From an uncultured Actinomycetes bacterium (lineage in GTDB: Bacteria > Actinomycetota > Thermoleophilia > Gaiellales > Gaiellaceae): DNA of 64,000 nucleotides. The stretch is from positions 641,565 through 705,564 of the forward strand of contig CAVUTE010000004.1 in the NCBI GenBank assembly GCA_963744355.1, read 5' to 3'. The notes beneath the pieces are model-generated. The model did no database searches, was not told the DNA's origin, and saw nothing but the letters and a program-made list of their open reading frames with translations. How positions within the stretch are numbered: the first letter of the stretch is position 1; each line of letters opens with the position of its first letter. Of this stretch, positions 42,999 through 52,073 are shown piece after piece. Made by a program: the position numbers and the translations under genes.

Positions 42999-44783
42999 GT
43001 GAGTGCCGTCCCCTACCGGGCGACGTTCGTGCGTCTGCTCGGCTTCCTCCGTCCCTATCGGGTCGGCCTCGCCGTCTCCATCGTTCTCGCCGTCGGATCG
43101 CAGGCGGCGCAGATCGCGCTCGTCTGGCTCACCGGCCGCAACGTCATCGACGGCGCGCTGATCCATCACGACCGCCATCGCCTCTGGCTGACCGTCGGCG
43201 AGATCGTCGCTCTCGGCTTCGCGCGGGCCGTGTTCATGCTCGGGCGGCGCCTCCTCTCGGGCAAGCAGGCGCTCGACGTCGAGATGGACATGCGCAGCCA
43301 CCTGTATGCGCGCCTCGTCCGCCTCTCCTACGGCTTCTACGACCGCCATCAGACCGGTCAGCTCATGTCTCGCGCGACCGTCGACCTGCAGGGCGTCCGC
43401 TTCTTCCTCGGCTACGGCCTCATCTTCTTCTTCCAGAACGTGCTCACCGTCGTGTCGGTGACCGTCGTCCTCTTCTTCTTCCAGTGGGAGCTCGCGCTCA
43501 TCGCGCTCGCGATCACGCCGCCGCTCGTCGTGCTCGCGTATCGGTACAGCCACATCGCCCATCCGACGTTGCGCGACGTGCAGCAGCGGCTCGCCGACGT
43601 CGCCACCGTCGCCGAGGAGAACATCGTCGGCGTCCACGTCGTCAAGGCGTTCGCGCAGGAGCCCGCGGAGGAGGACAAGTTCGAATATCGGTCGGAGCTC
43701 GTCTTCGACCAGACGCTGAAGGTGAACCGCCAGCGCGCGACCTACGTGCCGCTCATCTCGTTCGTGCCCTTGCTCGCGCAGGCGTTCGTCCTGCTCGTCG
43801 GCGCCCGCATGGTCGCCCGCGGCGACCTGACGCCGGGAAGCTTCAGCGCGATCTTCCTCTACCTCGGCATGCTCGTCACGCCGTTGCGCTCGCTCGGGAT
43901 GTGGATCGGCCAGGCCCAGCGGGCGACGGCCTCCGGCGAGCGAATCTTCCAGGTGATCGACGAGCCGGAGGAGATCGCCGACCGCCCCGCCGCGAGCCCG
44001 CTCGCGCCCGGCCCCGGCCGTGTCCGCTTTGAGCACGTCTCGTTCGAGTACCTCCCGGACCGCCTCGTGCTCGAGGACATCGACCTCGACATCGCCGCCG
44101 GGCGGACGGTCGCGCTCATCGGCCACACCGGCTCCGGCAAGACGACGCTCACCTCGCTCGTCCCGCGTTTCTACGACGCGACGTCCGGACGCATCACCGT
44201 GGACGGCCAGGACGTCCGCGACGTAACGCTCACATCGCTTCGCAGCGCGATCGGCGTGATCGCGCAGGATCCATTCCTCTTCTCCGCCACCGTGCGCGAG
44301 AACATCGCGTTCGGCAGCGCCGGCATCTCCGACGGGGAGGTCGAACGCGTCTCGCGGCTCGCGCAGGCGCACGAATTCGTCGAGCGGCTGCCGCAGGGCT
44401 ATGACACGGTCATCGGCGAGCGCGGCATCACGCTGTCGGGCGGGCAGCGCCAGCGGATCGCCATCGCACGTGCGCTCGCGGTCGACCCGCGCGTTCTCAT
44501 CCTCGACGACGCGACCGCATCGGTCGACGCATCGACCGAGGCACAGATCCGAACCGGTCTGCGCACCGCCATGGAGGGCCGGACGACGCTGATCATCGCG
44601 CACCGCCTGTCGACGATCGCGCTCGCGGACGAGATCGTCGTCCTCGCCGACGGGCGCGTCGACGCACGCGGCACGCACGACGAGCTCGTCGGCACGAGCT
44701 CGGTGTACCGCGAGATCTACGAGCACGGACTCCTCGATCGGCAGTTTGCGGACGCGGTCGAGGCGCGGGCGGACGTGGCATGA
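42999..44783 (+). CDS. ABC exporter, fused permease/ATPase (half-transporter 1)
   Basis: 594 aa. Six-TM N-terminal domain, Walker A GHTGSGKTT, signature LSGGQRQR, Walker B LILDDATAS. Confidence 0.9.
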   Translation: MSAVPYRATFVRLLGFLRPYRVGLAVSIVLAVGSQAAQIALVWLTGRNVIDGALIHHDRHRLWLTVGEIVALGFARAVFMLGRRLLSGKQALDVEMDMRSHLYARLVRLSYGFYDRHQTGQLMSRATVDLQGVRFFLGYGLIFFFQNVLTVVSVTVVLFFFQWELALIALAITPPLVVLAYRYSHIAHPTLRDVQQRLADVATVAEENIVGVHVVKAFAQEPAEEDKFEYRSELVFDQTLKVNRQRATYVPLISFVPLLAQAFVLLVGARMVARGDLTPGSFSAIFLYLGMLVTPLRSLGMWIGQAQRATASGERIFQVIDEPEEIADRPAASPLAPGPGRVRFEHVSFEYLPDRLVLEDIDLDIAAGRTVALIGHTGSGKTTLTSLVPRFYDATSGRITVDGQDVRDVTLTSLRSAIGVIAQDPFLFSATVRENIAFGSAGISDGEVERVSRLAQAHEFVERLPQGYDTVIGERGITLSGGQRQRIAIARALAVDPRVLILDDATASVDASTEAQIRTGLRTAMEGRTTLIIAHRLSTIALADEIVVLADGRVDARGTHDELVGTSSVYREIYEHGLLDRQFADAVEARADVA

Positions 44784-44912
44784 GCTCGCCTCACGTTCCT
44801 GGGGCGGCGCTGGCAAAGGAGCCAAGCGCGCGGCGCGCAGGGCAGTACATGACGTACGACCAAGCGTCGCGCGCGCAGGATCCTGCCGCCAGCGTCGTCA
44901 GCCTTTCGCGGA

Positions 44913-44929
44913 GCCCGGCTCCGCCGGGC
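44913..44929 (+). other. perfect 7-bp stem / 3-nt loop hairpin in the spacer between the ABC genes
   Basis: gcccggc-tcc-gccgggc, read directly. Confidence 0.5.
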
Positions 44930-44982
44930 GGGAGCGAAAGGCGGCCAGGGACGTGAGGGTCCACCAGCCGGGCGGCCATCTC

Positions 44983-46758
44983 ATGCGTGAGCGCGGCGCC
45001 GACGTCGACGACTGGTCCTGGCGGACGACGAGGCGCCGGTTCGGGACGCTCTGGCGGCTGACGCGCCCGTACCGCGGCCGCACCGGGCTGTCGGTGATCT
45101 CGCTCCTGACCGCGACGGCGACGGCGCTCGCACCGCCGTACCTCGCGAAGTACGCGCTCGACGACGCGATCAACGGCCACACCGGCGCGAAGCTCGAGGT
45201 CGTCGTCGGCATCTTCGTCGCGGCGGGGCTCGCCAACTGGGGAATGACGTACGTCGAGACCTACCTCACCGGCTGGGTCGGCGAGCGGATCCTCGCCGAT
45301 CTCCGCAAGCAGCTCTTCGGTCACCTGCAGCGGCTCTCGCTCGGCTTCTACGAGCGCAACCGCGCCGGCGTGATCATCAGCCGGCTCACGAACGACGTCG
45401 AGGCGATCGACCAGCTGGTCACCGACGGCGTCACAACCCTCGTGCAGAGCTCGCTCACGCTCGGAGGCACGGCGGTGCTCCTGTTCATCCTCGACTGGCG
45501 GCTCGCGCTCGCCACGTGCGCGGTCATTCCGCTGATGAGCGCCGCGACCGTGATCTTCCGCAAGCATTCCGCGAACGCGTACGCCGACGTGCGCGAGCGG
45601 CTCGGACTCGTCACAGCGACGCTGGCCGAGGACATCTCCGGGATGCGCGTCGTGCAGGCCTTCACGCGCGAGAACGCCGCGTACGCGAACTTCCGTGAGG
45701 TCGCAAAGCGCTACCGCGAGTCGAACATGCAAACGGTCGTGCTGAACGGCGTGTACTTCCCATTCGTCGACTTCCTCTCGACCGTCGCGCTCGCGGTCGT
45801 GCTCGGCTACGGCGGCCACCTGTACTTCAACCATTCCATCTCGCTCGGCACGCTCTTCGCCTTCATGCTCTACGTGCAGAACTTCTTCGACCCGGTGCAG
45901 CAGCTGTCGCAGCTGTACAACACGTTCCTCTCCGCGACGGCGGCGCTCGACAAGATCATCGGCATCCTCGAACAGAAGCCCGATGTGGAAGATCGCCCTG
46001 ACGCAGGCGACCTGCCGGCGATCGCGGGTCACGTTCGCTTCGAGAACGTTCGCTTCGCGTACGGCCGCGGGGACGAGGTGCTGCACGGGCTCGACCTCGA
46101 CGTGCCCGCCGGGACGACGGTCGCGCTCGTAGGTCACACCGGCGCAGGCAAGTCGACGATCGCGAAGCTGCTCGCCCGCTTCTACGAGCCAACCGGCGGT
46201 CGAATCGTGATCGACGGCTTCGACCTGAACGACGTGAGCCAGCGCTCCCTGCGTTCCCAGCTCGGCGTCGTCCCACAGGAGGGCTTCCTCTTCGCCGGGA
46301 CGGTGGCGGAGAACATCGCGTTCGGCAAGCCGGGAGCCTCGGCGGAGGAGATCGTCCGCGCGGCGCAGCTCGTCGGTGCGCACGATTTCATTCTCCGGCT
46401 GGAGGACGGTTACGAGACGCAGCTCGGCGAGCGCGGCTCGCGCCTGTCCCTCGGACAGCGGCAGCTCGTCGCCTTCGCGCGCGCGCTGCTGGCCGATCCG
46501 CGAATCCTCATCCTCGACGAAGCGACCTCGTCGGTCGACATCGGCACCGAGCGGAAGATCGAACAGGCGCTTCGCATCCTGCTCGCCGAACGCACGGCGT
46601 TCGTCATCGCCCACCGGCTGTCGACCATCCGCGACGCCGACCTCATCGTCGTGCTCGAGCACGGCCGGATCGTCGAGCAGGGAACGCACGAGCAGCTCCT
46701 CGCACGCCGCGGCCTGTACACGTCGCTGTACGGCGACTGGGCAGCCGACGTCGCCTGA
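44983..46758 (+). CDS. ABC exporter, fused permease/ATPase (half-transporter 2)
   Basis: ORF 44746..46758 trimmed to ATG 44983 (start uncertain; an in-frame GTG lies about 30 nt upstream). Walker A GHTGAGKST, LSLGQRQL, LILDEATSS. Confidence 0.85.
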   Translation: MRERGADVDDWSWRTTRRRFGTLWRLTRPYRGRTGLSVISLLTATATALAPPYLAKYALDDAINGHTGAKLEVVVGIFVAAGLANWGMTYVETYLTGWVGERILADLRKQLFGHLQRLSLGFYERNRAGVIISRLTNDVEAIDQLVTDGVTTLVQSSLTLGGTAVLLFILDWRLALATCAVIPLMSAATVIFRKHSANAYADVRERLGLVTATLAEDISGMRVVQAFTRENAAYANFREVAKRYRESNMQTVVLNGVYFPFVDFLSTVALAVVLGYGGHLYFNHSISLGTLFAFMLYVQNFFDPVQQLSQLYNTFLSATAALDKIIGILEQKPDVEDRPDAGDLPAIAGHVRFENVRFAYGRGDEVLHGLDLDVPAGTTVALVGHTGAGKSTIAKLLARFYEPTGGRIVIDGFDLNDVSQRSLRSQLGVVPQEGFLFAGTVAENIAFGKPGASAEEIVRAAQLVGAHDFILRLEDGYETQLGERGSRLSLGQRQLVAFARALLADPRILILDEATSSVDIGTERKIEQALRILLAERTAFVIAHRLSTIRDADLIVVLEHGRIVEQGTHEQLLARRGLYTSLYGDWAADVA

Positions 46759-46762
46759 CGAA

Positions 46763-46768
46763 TAGATT
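46763..46768 (+). promoter_or_regulatory. -10-like hexamer TAGATT, 7 nt upstream of GTG 46776; part of GAATAGATTCC
   Basis: TGAcGAATAGATTCCCGCCC-GTG, directly after the ABC gene stop. Confidence 0.45.
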
Positions 46769-46775
46769 CCCGCCC

Positions 46776-47453
46776 GTGCAGATCTCCGACGTCCTCGCCG
46801 AGGCCTTTGCCGTCTACCGGCGCCTGTTTCGTCGTTCGGTCGTCGTCGCCGGCCTGATCTTCGCCGTCGTCGCGCTCGCGCAGGCCCTGGCCAGCCGGAG
46901 CGGGACGGCCATCGCGCTGTTCATCTCCCTCCTGCTCAGCCTCGTCGGCAGCCTGCTCGTCCAGGGCGCGCTCGTCGAGATCGTTCGCGACCTCCACGAA
47001 GGCCACGAGCCCGCGACCGTGAACGTGTACTACGACCGCACGCGTGGGCGACTGGGCACGCTCGTCGTCGCGTCGCTGCGGTACGGCATCGGCGTCGTCG
47101 TCGGCTTCATCCTCCTGATCGTCCCCGGCCTCATCGCGGTCGCGCGCTGGTCACTCATCGTGCCGCTGGTGATGATCGAGGGCCGCGGCACGCGGGATGC
47201 GTTCCGCCGCTCGTCCGAGCTCGTGCGCGGGCGGACCGGGCGCGTCCTGGTGTTGGTAGTGATCGCCAACGTCATCACCGTCCTCGTCAGCTCGGTGTTC
47301 AACATCCTCCCGGGCTTCCTCGGAGCTTGGATCGGCGGAACGCTCGCGGGAGCGATAACCGTCCCGTATCAGGCGTACGTCCTCACCGTCCTGTACTACC
47401 GGCTCACGCAACCCGAGGTGCCGATCCTGCCCGAGCGGGGCCGCGGAGCCTGA
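46776..47453 (+). CDS. hypothetical integral membrane protein
   Basis: 225 aa with five or six TM helices. No catalytic motif recognised. Confidence 0.55.
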   Translation: MQISDVLAEAFAVYRRLFRRSVVVAGLIFAVVALAQALASRSGTAIALFISLLLSLVGSLLVQGALVEIVRDLHEGHEPATVNVYYDRTRGRLGTLVVASLRYGIGVVVGFILLIVPGLIAVARWSLIVPLVMIEGRGTRDAFRRSSELVRGRTGRVLVLVVIANVITVLVSSVFNILPGFLGAWIGGTLAGAITVPYQAYVLTVLYYRLTQPEVPILPERGRGA

Positions 47454-47454
47454 A

Positions 47455-47460
47455 TAGACT
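47455..47460 (+). promoter_or_regulatory. -10-like hexamer TAGACT, 7 nt upstream of ATG 47468; part of GAATAGACTCC
   Basis: TGAATAGACTCCGCCCC-ATG. The TGA is the stop of the preceding gene. Confidence 0.45.
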
Positions 47461-47467
47461 CCGCCCC

Positions 47468-48346
47468 ATGTCGCTCGACGAGGAGACAGCCGACCGGATC
47501 GACCAGCCCGTTCCGGAGGAAGCGGAACGCGAAGCGCGGCTCACGCCCGCCGAGGCGATCGAGCGCATGCGCATCAACGTGCCGGTACGCGGCAACCGCA
47601 AGTTGCGCACGGTGATCGAGCGCGTGAACGCCGACAAGCAGCTCAAGGCGTGGTGGCACGTCTCCAACGTGAATGCGGTCGCGCGCATGGAGATCAACGA
47701 CCACTCGTGGGTGCACGTGCAGATCGTGGCCAACATCGCACTCAAGCTCCTGCGACAGCTCACGAAGCACGGTGTCGAGTCGGCGATGGTGCGCGACTAC
47801 GGCATGACGAACGACGACGCCGAGGTCGTCGTCACCCTCGCGGCGCTCATGCACTGCATCGGCATGTCGATCCATCGCCACGGCCACGAAGACTTCAGCC
47901 TGTTCCTGTCCGAGCCGAAGCTGCGCGAGCTGCTGACCGGCATCTACGACGAGCCGGAGCGGACGGTCGTCGTCTCCGAGGTGCTGCAGGCGATCATCAG
48001 CCACCGCGCAGACGGTGAGCCGCTCACGACCGACGCCGGGATCGTCCGGGTCGCCGACGCGCTCGACATGGCGAAGGGGCGTTCGCGCATCGGCTTCGAG
48101 CGCGGCCGCGTGTCGATGCATTCGCTCTCGGCGGCCGCGATCGAGGACGTGACCATTACCGACGGCGAGGAGCGGCCCATCCTCATCGAGATCCTGATGA
48201 ACAACTCGTCCGGCCTCTTCCAAGTGGACGGACTGTTGCGCGCGAAGCTGCGCGGATCCAGGCTCGAGCCGTACGTCGAGGTGGTCGCGCACATCGACAC
48301 CGAGACCGAGCGGCGCCTCGTCCCGGTGTACCGGCTCGACGTCTAA
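47468..48346 (+). CDS. HD-domain metal-dependent phosphohydrolase-like protein
   Basis: ORF trimmed to ATG 47468. HSWVHVQIVANIA, LMHCIGMSIHRHGHED, RVADALD. Confidence 0.6.
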   Translation: MSLDEETADRIDQPVPEEAEREARLTPAEAIERMRINVPVRGNRKLRTVIERVNADKQLKAWWHVSNVNAVARMEINDHSWVHVQIVANIALKLLRQLTKHGVESAMVRDYGMTNDDAEVVVTLAALMHCIGMSIHRHGHEDFSLFLSEPKLRELLTGIYDEPERTVVVSEVLQAIISHRADGEPLTTDAGIVRVADALDMAKGRSRIGFERGRVSMHSLSAAAIEDVTITDGEERPILIEILMNNSSGLFQVDGLLRAKLRGSRLEPYVEVVAHIDTETERRLVPVYRLDV

Positions 48347-48384
48347 GGATCGTCCAGGGCCTCGCTACACTTCGGGCGATCCGT

Positions 48385-48455
48385 TGCGGGATCGTCTAAC
48401 GGTAGGACGCCGGTCTCTGGAACCGGAAGTTGGGGTTCGAATCCCTGTCCCGCAG
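48385..48455 (+). tRNA. tRNA-Gln (anticodon CTG)
   Basis: Acceptor tgcggga/tcccgca, anticodon stem ccggt/accgg with loop ctCTGga, T-loop ggttcgaatcc. No encoded CCA. Confidence 0.9.
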
Positions 48456-48479
48456 CCTCTTCCCTGCGAAACTGGCGCG

Positions 48480-49337
48480 ATGCGCACGCGCCGCCTGCTG
48501 CCGCTCGTCCTGGCCGTCGCCGGCCTCTTCGCCATCGCCGCGCTCGCGAGCCACGGACGGCCGCTGACCGGGTCGCACGGCAACGGACCGACCTCGCACT
48601 TCTTCGACTACGTGTTCACGACGGTCGCGCTCTTCGTGCTCGCGATCGCCGCCGTGGTCGTCTGGAGCCTGCTCGGCGCGAAGCCGGATAAGGCCGCACA
48701 GAACAGGCCGAAGTACAACCTCGTACAGCTCCTGTTCTCGCTCGCCGCGAGCCTCTTGCTCGGTTGGTTCCTCCTCCACGCCCACTTTCACCGGCCGGCG
48801 AAGGCCAGGACGACGAAGAGCGCGAAGACGGGCGCGGCGGGCAATGGCGCGCCCGCGAGGAAGCCAAACCCCTCCGTCCTCCGGGGAGCACGGCTGCGCT
48901 GGGACGAGGTGGCGATCGTCGCAGCCCTGCTCGCCGCCGCCGGAGTCGCCGCGTTCGCAAGCCAGAAGGCCAAGCCGATGAGGCCGCTGCGGCGCCGTTC
49001 GCAGGACGAGGTTGCGCTCGCCCTCGACGAGTCCCTCGACGACCTCCGTTCCGAGCCCGACCTGCGCCGCGCGATCATCGCCGCGTACGCGCGCATGGAG
49101 CGAACGCTTGCAGCCGCGGGCATCCCGCGGCGCCCGGCGGAGGCGCCACTCGAGTTCCTCGCGCGTGCGCTGCACGACCTCGATGCGAGCGCGGCCGCGG
49201 TCACGCGCTTGACCGATCTCTTCGAGTGGGCGAAGTTCAGCCATCACGAGCCGGACGCGTCGATGCGCGACGAGGCGATCGACGCGCTCGTCGCGCTGCG
49301 CGACGAGCTCCGCCGGCCGGTGGAGGCGGCGGCGTGA
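48480..49337 (+). CDS. DUF4129-like membrane protein
   Basis: ORF trimmed to ATG 48480. N-terminal signal/TM helices. C-terminal AAYARMERTLAAAGIPRRPAEAPLEFL...LTDLFEWAKFSHH resembles DUF4129. Confidence 0.6.
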   Translation: MRTRRLLPLVLAVAGLFAIAALASHGRPLTGSHGNGPTSHFFDYVFTTVALFVLAIAAVVVWSLLGAKPDKAAQNRPKYNLVQLLFSLAASLLLGWFLLHAHFHRPAKARTTKSAKTGAAGNGAPARKPNPSVLRGARLRWDEVAIVAALLAAAGVAAFASQKAKPMRPLRRRSQDEVALALDESLDDLRSEPDLRRAIIAAYARMERTLAAAGIPRRPAEAPLEFLARALHDLDASAAAVTRLTDLFEWAKFSHHEPDASMRDEAIDALVALRDELRRPVEAAA

Positions 49338-49840
49338 GACGGCCGCGCGTTCCGATCGGGACGCTCGTCGTCGTCACCATCGGTCTCGTGGTCGCGCTCG
49401 GGCTGCGGCCGGTGTCGGTCCGTGAGATCCTCGCCGCCTACGTGTTGGCGCTGACCGCGATCGCGCTCGTCATGCTCACGCGGATGGCGCGCACCGAAGA
49501 GGAATGGGAACGGGCGACGTCCGAGCTCGAGCGCGCTCTTGCACCGCGCCGGATGACGCAGTCTCGGCCGGCCGAGCTCATCCGGACGGAACGCGACCTC
49601 ACGTTGAGCAGCGCCAACGCCGGCGAGCTGCACGCGCGCCTCCTGCCGCAGCTGCGCGAAGTCGCAGCCGCGCGCCTCTCCGACCGGCACGACGTCGATC
49701 TCGCACACGCGCAGGACCTCCTCGGCGAGGAGGCGTGGGACTACCTCCGCCCCGACCGGCAGACGCCCGACGATCGGACCGCGCACGGTCTGCCGCTTCG
49801 CCGGATCGCCGCCCTCGTCGACGCGGTCGAGCGCCTGTGA
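49334..49840 (+). CDS. hypothetical 2-TM membrane protein (MoxR operon)
   Basis: 168 aa from GTG 49334 (GTGA overlap). TM segments IGTLVVVTIGLVVALGL and ILAAYVLALTAIALVML. Confidence 0.5.
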   Translation: MRRPRVPIGTLVVVTIGLVVALGLRPVSVREILAAYVLALTAIALVMLTRMARTEEEWERATSELERALAPRRMTQSRPAELIRTERDLTLSSANAGELHARLLPQLREVAAARLSDRHDVDLAHAQDLLGEEAWDYLRPDRQTPDDRTAHGLPLRRIAALVDAVERL

Positions 49841-50808
49841 TCGAGCTCCCGGAGCTGCGGGACCACGCCACGCGCGTCCTCGACGAGGTCGAGCGCGTCG
49901 TCGTCGGCAAGCGGCCCGCGCTCGAGCTCATCCTCCTCGCCGTCCTCTGTGACGGCCACGTGCTGCTCGAGGACTATCCGGGGCTCGCCAAGACACTCGC
50001 GGCCCGCTCGTTCGCGAGCGCGACGTCGCTGGGCTTCTCCCGTATCCAGTTCACGCCCGACCTCATGCCCTCGGACGTCACCGGGTCGTCGATCTTCGAT
50101 CAGCGACGCGCGGAGTTCGAGTTCATGCCCGGGCCGATCTTCACCAACCTCCTCCTCGCCGACGAGATCAACCGCGCGCCACCGAAGACGCAGGCGGCAC
50201 TGCTCGAGGCGATGCAGGAACGGCAGGTGACGAGCGAGGGCGTGACCCGCCCGCTCGCGTCGCCTTTCGTCGTGCTGGCGACACAGAACCCGATCGAGTA
50301 CGAGGGGACGTATCCCCTTCCCGAGGCGCAGCTCGACCGCTTCCTCATCCGCGCGGCCATCGGCTATCCCGCGCGAGGAGACGAGATCGAGATGCTCGAC
50401 CGCCGGCTCGCGCGCGGCGAGGACGAGGCGCAGCTGTCGCCGGTCGTCGATGCGCCGACCCTCGTCGCCATGCAGCGCGCGCTCGAGCAGGTACACGTCT
50501 CCGACGCGATCAAGGGGTACATCGTCGACCTCGTCACCGCCACGCGCGCATCGCGACAGCTCGCCGTCGGCGCCAGCCCGCGCGGAAGCCTCGCGCTCCT
50601 GAAGCTCTCACGTGCGAAGGCGGCGCTCGCCGGCCGCGACTTCGTCGTGCCCGAGGACGTGAAGGCGATCGCGGTGCCGGCGCTGGCGCACCGGCTGACG
50701 CTCCGTCCCGAGCTGTGGGTGCAGCGCATCCGCGGCGAGGACGTCGTCGCCGAAGCGCTCGAGTCGGTGCCGACGCCGCCGGCCGAGGACGTCCGCACGG
50801 CCACGTGA
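49837..50808 (+). CDS. MoxR-family AAA+ ATPase
   Basis: 323 aa from GTG 49837 (GTGA overlap). HVLLEDYPGLAKT, LLADEINRAPPKTQAALLEAMQE, ATQNPIEYEGTYPLPEAQLDRF. Confidence 0.9.
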   Translation: MIELPELRDHATRVLDEVERVVVGKRPALELILLAVLCDGHVLLEDYPGLAKTLAARSFASATSLGFSRIQFTPDLMPSDVTGSSIFDQRRAEFEFMPGPIFTNLLLADEINRAPPKTQAALLEAMQERQVTSEGVTRPLASPFVVLATQNPIEYEGTYPLPEAQLDRFLIRAAIGYPARGDEIEMLDRRLARGEDEAQLSPVVDAPTLVAMQRALEQVHVSDAIKGYIVDLVTATRASRQLAVGASPRGSLALLKLSRAKAALAGRDFVVPEDVKAIAVPALAHRLTLRPELWVQRIRGEDVVAEALESVPTPPAEDVRTAT

Positions 50809-52073
50809 CGCAGCACGTCTCGCCGCGTCTGGCCGCCTACGTCGCACTTGCCGCGGCCGGGCTGCTGGCAGGGCTCGTCCTCGGGCGCGTCGAGCTCGTC
50901 GCTCTTGCCGCCCCGTTCGCACTCGCCGCCGTCGTCGCGCCAACTCTCGCCCGTCCGCCGAACCTTCGCGTCAACCTCGAGCTCGACCGCGAGCGGGCAT
51001 TGGAGAGCGAGACGGTGGACGCGACGCTCTCGCTCACGGCTGTGGAGGCCGAGCGCCTCGACGTGTTTCTCGATCTGCCGCCCGAACTCTCGACGGCGGG
51101 CCGCAACCCACAGGCAATCGCGCTCGCGGCCGGCGAGGAGCGGACGCTCGAGCTCCCCTTGCGCTGCAACCGTTGGGGCGCTTTCGTCCTCGGCCCTCTG
51201 CTCCTGCGTGCGCGCGACCGTCTCGGCTTCTATGCCTGGGAAACACGTCTTGGTGGTCGTGCGGCGTTGCGGGTCTATCCGAGTGTGGAGACGCTGCACG
51301 CGCTCATCGCTCCGCTCGAGACGCAGGTCTTCGTCGGCAATCAGGTCTCGCGAACGAAGGGCGACGGGATCGAGTTCGCGGACGTTCGCGCCTGGGGCCC
51401 CGGCGATCGCCCGCGGCGCATCAACTGGCGCGCGACCGCGAGGCGCGGCGAGCTCTGGGTGAACGAGCAGCATCCGGAGCGAAACACCGACGTCGTGCTC
51501 TTCCTCGACACGTTCACCGACGCGCGGTCGGGCGGCCACGGGACGCTCGACCTGACCGTTCGCGCGGCCACCTCGCTCGCGCACCGCTACCTCGAGCGCA
51601 AGGACCGCGTCGGGCTCGTCAGCTTCGGCGGCTATCTCTCGTGGCTCGAGCCCGAGTCCGGGACGCGGCAGCTGTACCGCATCGTCGACTCGCTGTTGCA
51701 GATGGACATCGTCCTCAGCTTCGCGGCACGCGACGTCGCGGTCCTGCCGCCACGTTCGCTGCCGCCGAAGGCCCTCGTGCTCGCGCTGACGCCGATGCTC
51801 GACCCGCGTACCGGGCCGGCGCTGCTCGATCTCCGCGCACGCGGCTTCGACCTCGCCGTCGTCGAGGTGTCACCCGTGCCGTTCGTCGACGCAGGCGGCG
51901 GCGAGCTGGAGCAGCTGTCGTACCGGCTCTGGCGACTGTCGCGCGAGGCGTTGCGTGCGCGCTACCAGCAGGCGGGCGTACCCATCGTCGAATGGGTCGA
52001 CGGCGTCCCTCTCAACGTTCCGCTCGAGGAGGTGTCGGCATTCAGGCGTTACGCCAAGCCCGCGCGCGCGTGA
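50805..52073 (+). CDS. DUF58 (vWA-like) protein
   Basis: 422 aa from GTG 50805 (GTGA overlap). Two N-terminal TM helices. GDGIEFADVRAWGPGDRPRRINWRATARRGELWV. Confidence 0.85.
   Translation: MTQHVSPRLAAYVALAAAGLLAGLVLGRVELVALAAPFALAAVVAPTLARPPNLRVNLELDRERALESETVDATLSLTAVEAERLDVFLDLPPELSTAGRNPQAIALAAGEERTLELPLRCNRWGAFVLGPLLLRARDRLGFYAWETRLGGRAALRVYPSVETLHALIAPLETQVFVGNQVSRTKGDGIEFADVRAWGPGDRPRRINWRATARRGELWVNEQHPERNTDVVLFLDTFTDARSGGHGTLDLTVRAATSLAHRYLERKDRVGLVSFGGYLSWLEPESGTRQLYRIVDSLLQMDIVLSFAARDVAVLPPRSLPPKALVLALTPMLDPRTGPALLDLRARGFDLAVVEVSPVPFVDAGGGELEQLSYRLWRLSREALRARYQQAGVPIVEWVDGVPLNVPLEEVSAFRRYAKPARA

Noticed and set aside
42981-44825. N-terminal 615 aa of the 828-aa minus-strand ORF, and similarly 44791..46689 (632 aa)
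   Set aside because: Both are antisense to the two ABC exporter genes, which carry Walker A/B and signature motifs. Only the C-terminal 213 aa (42339..42980) has a methyltransferase motif.
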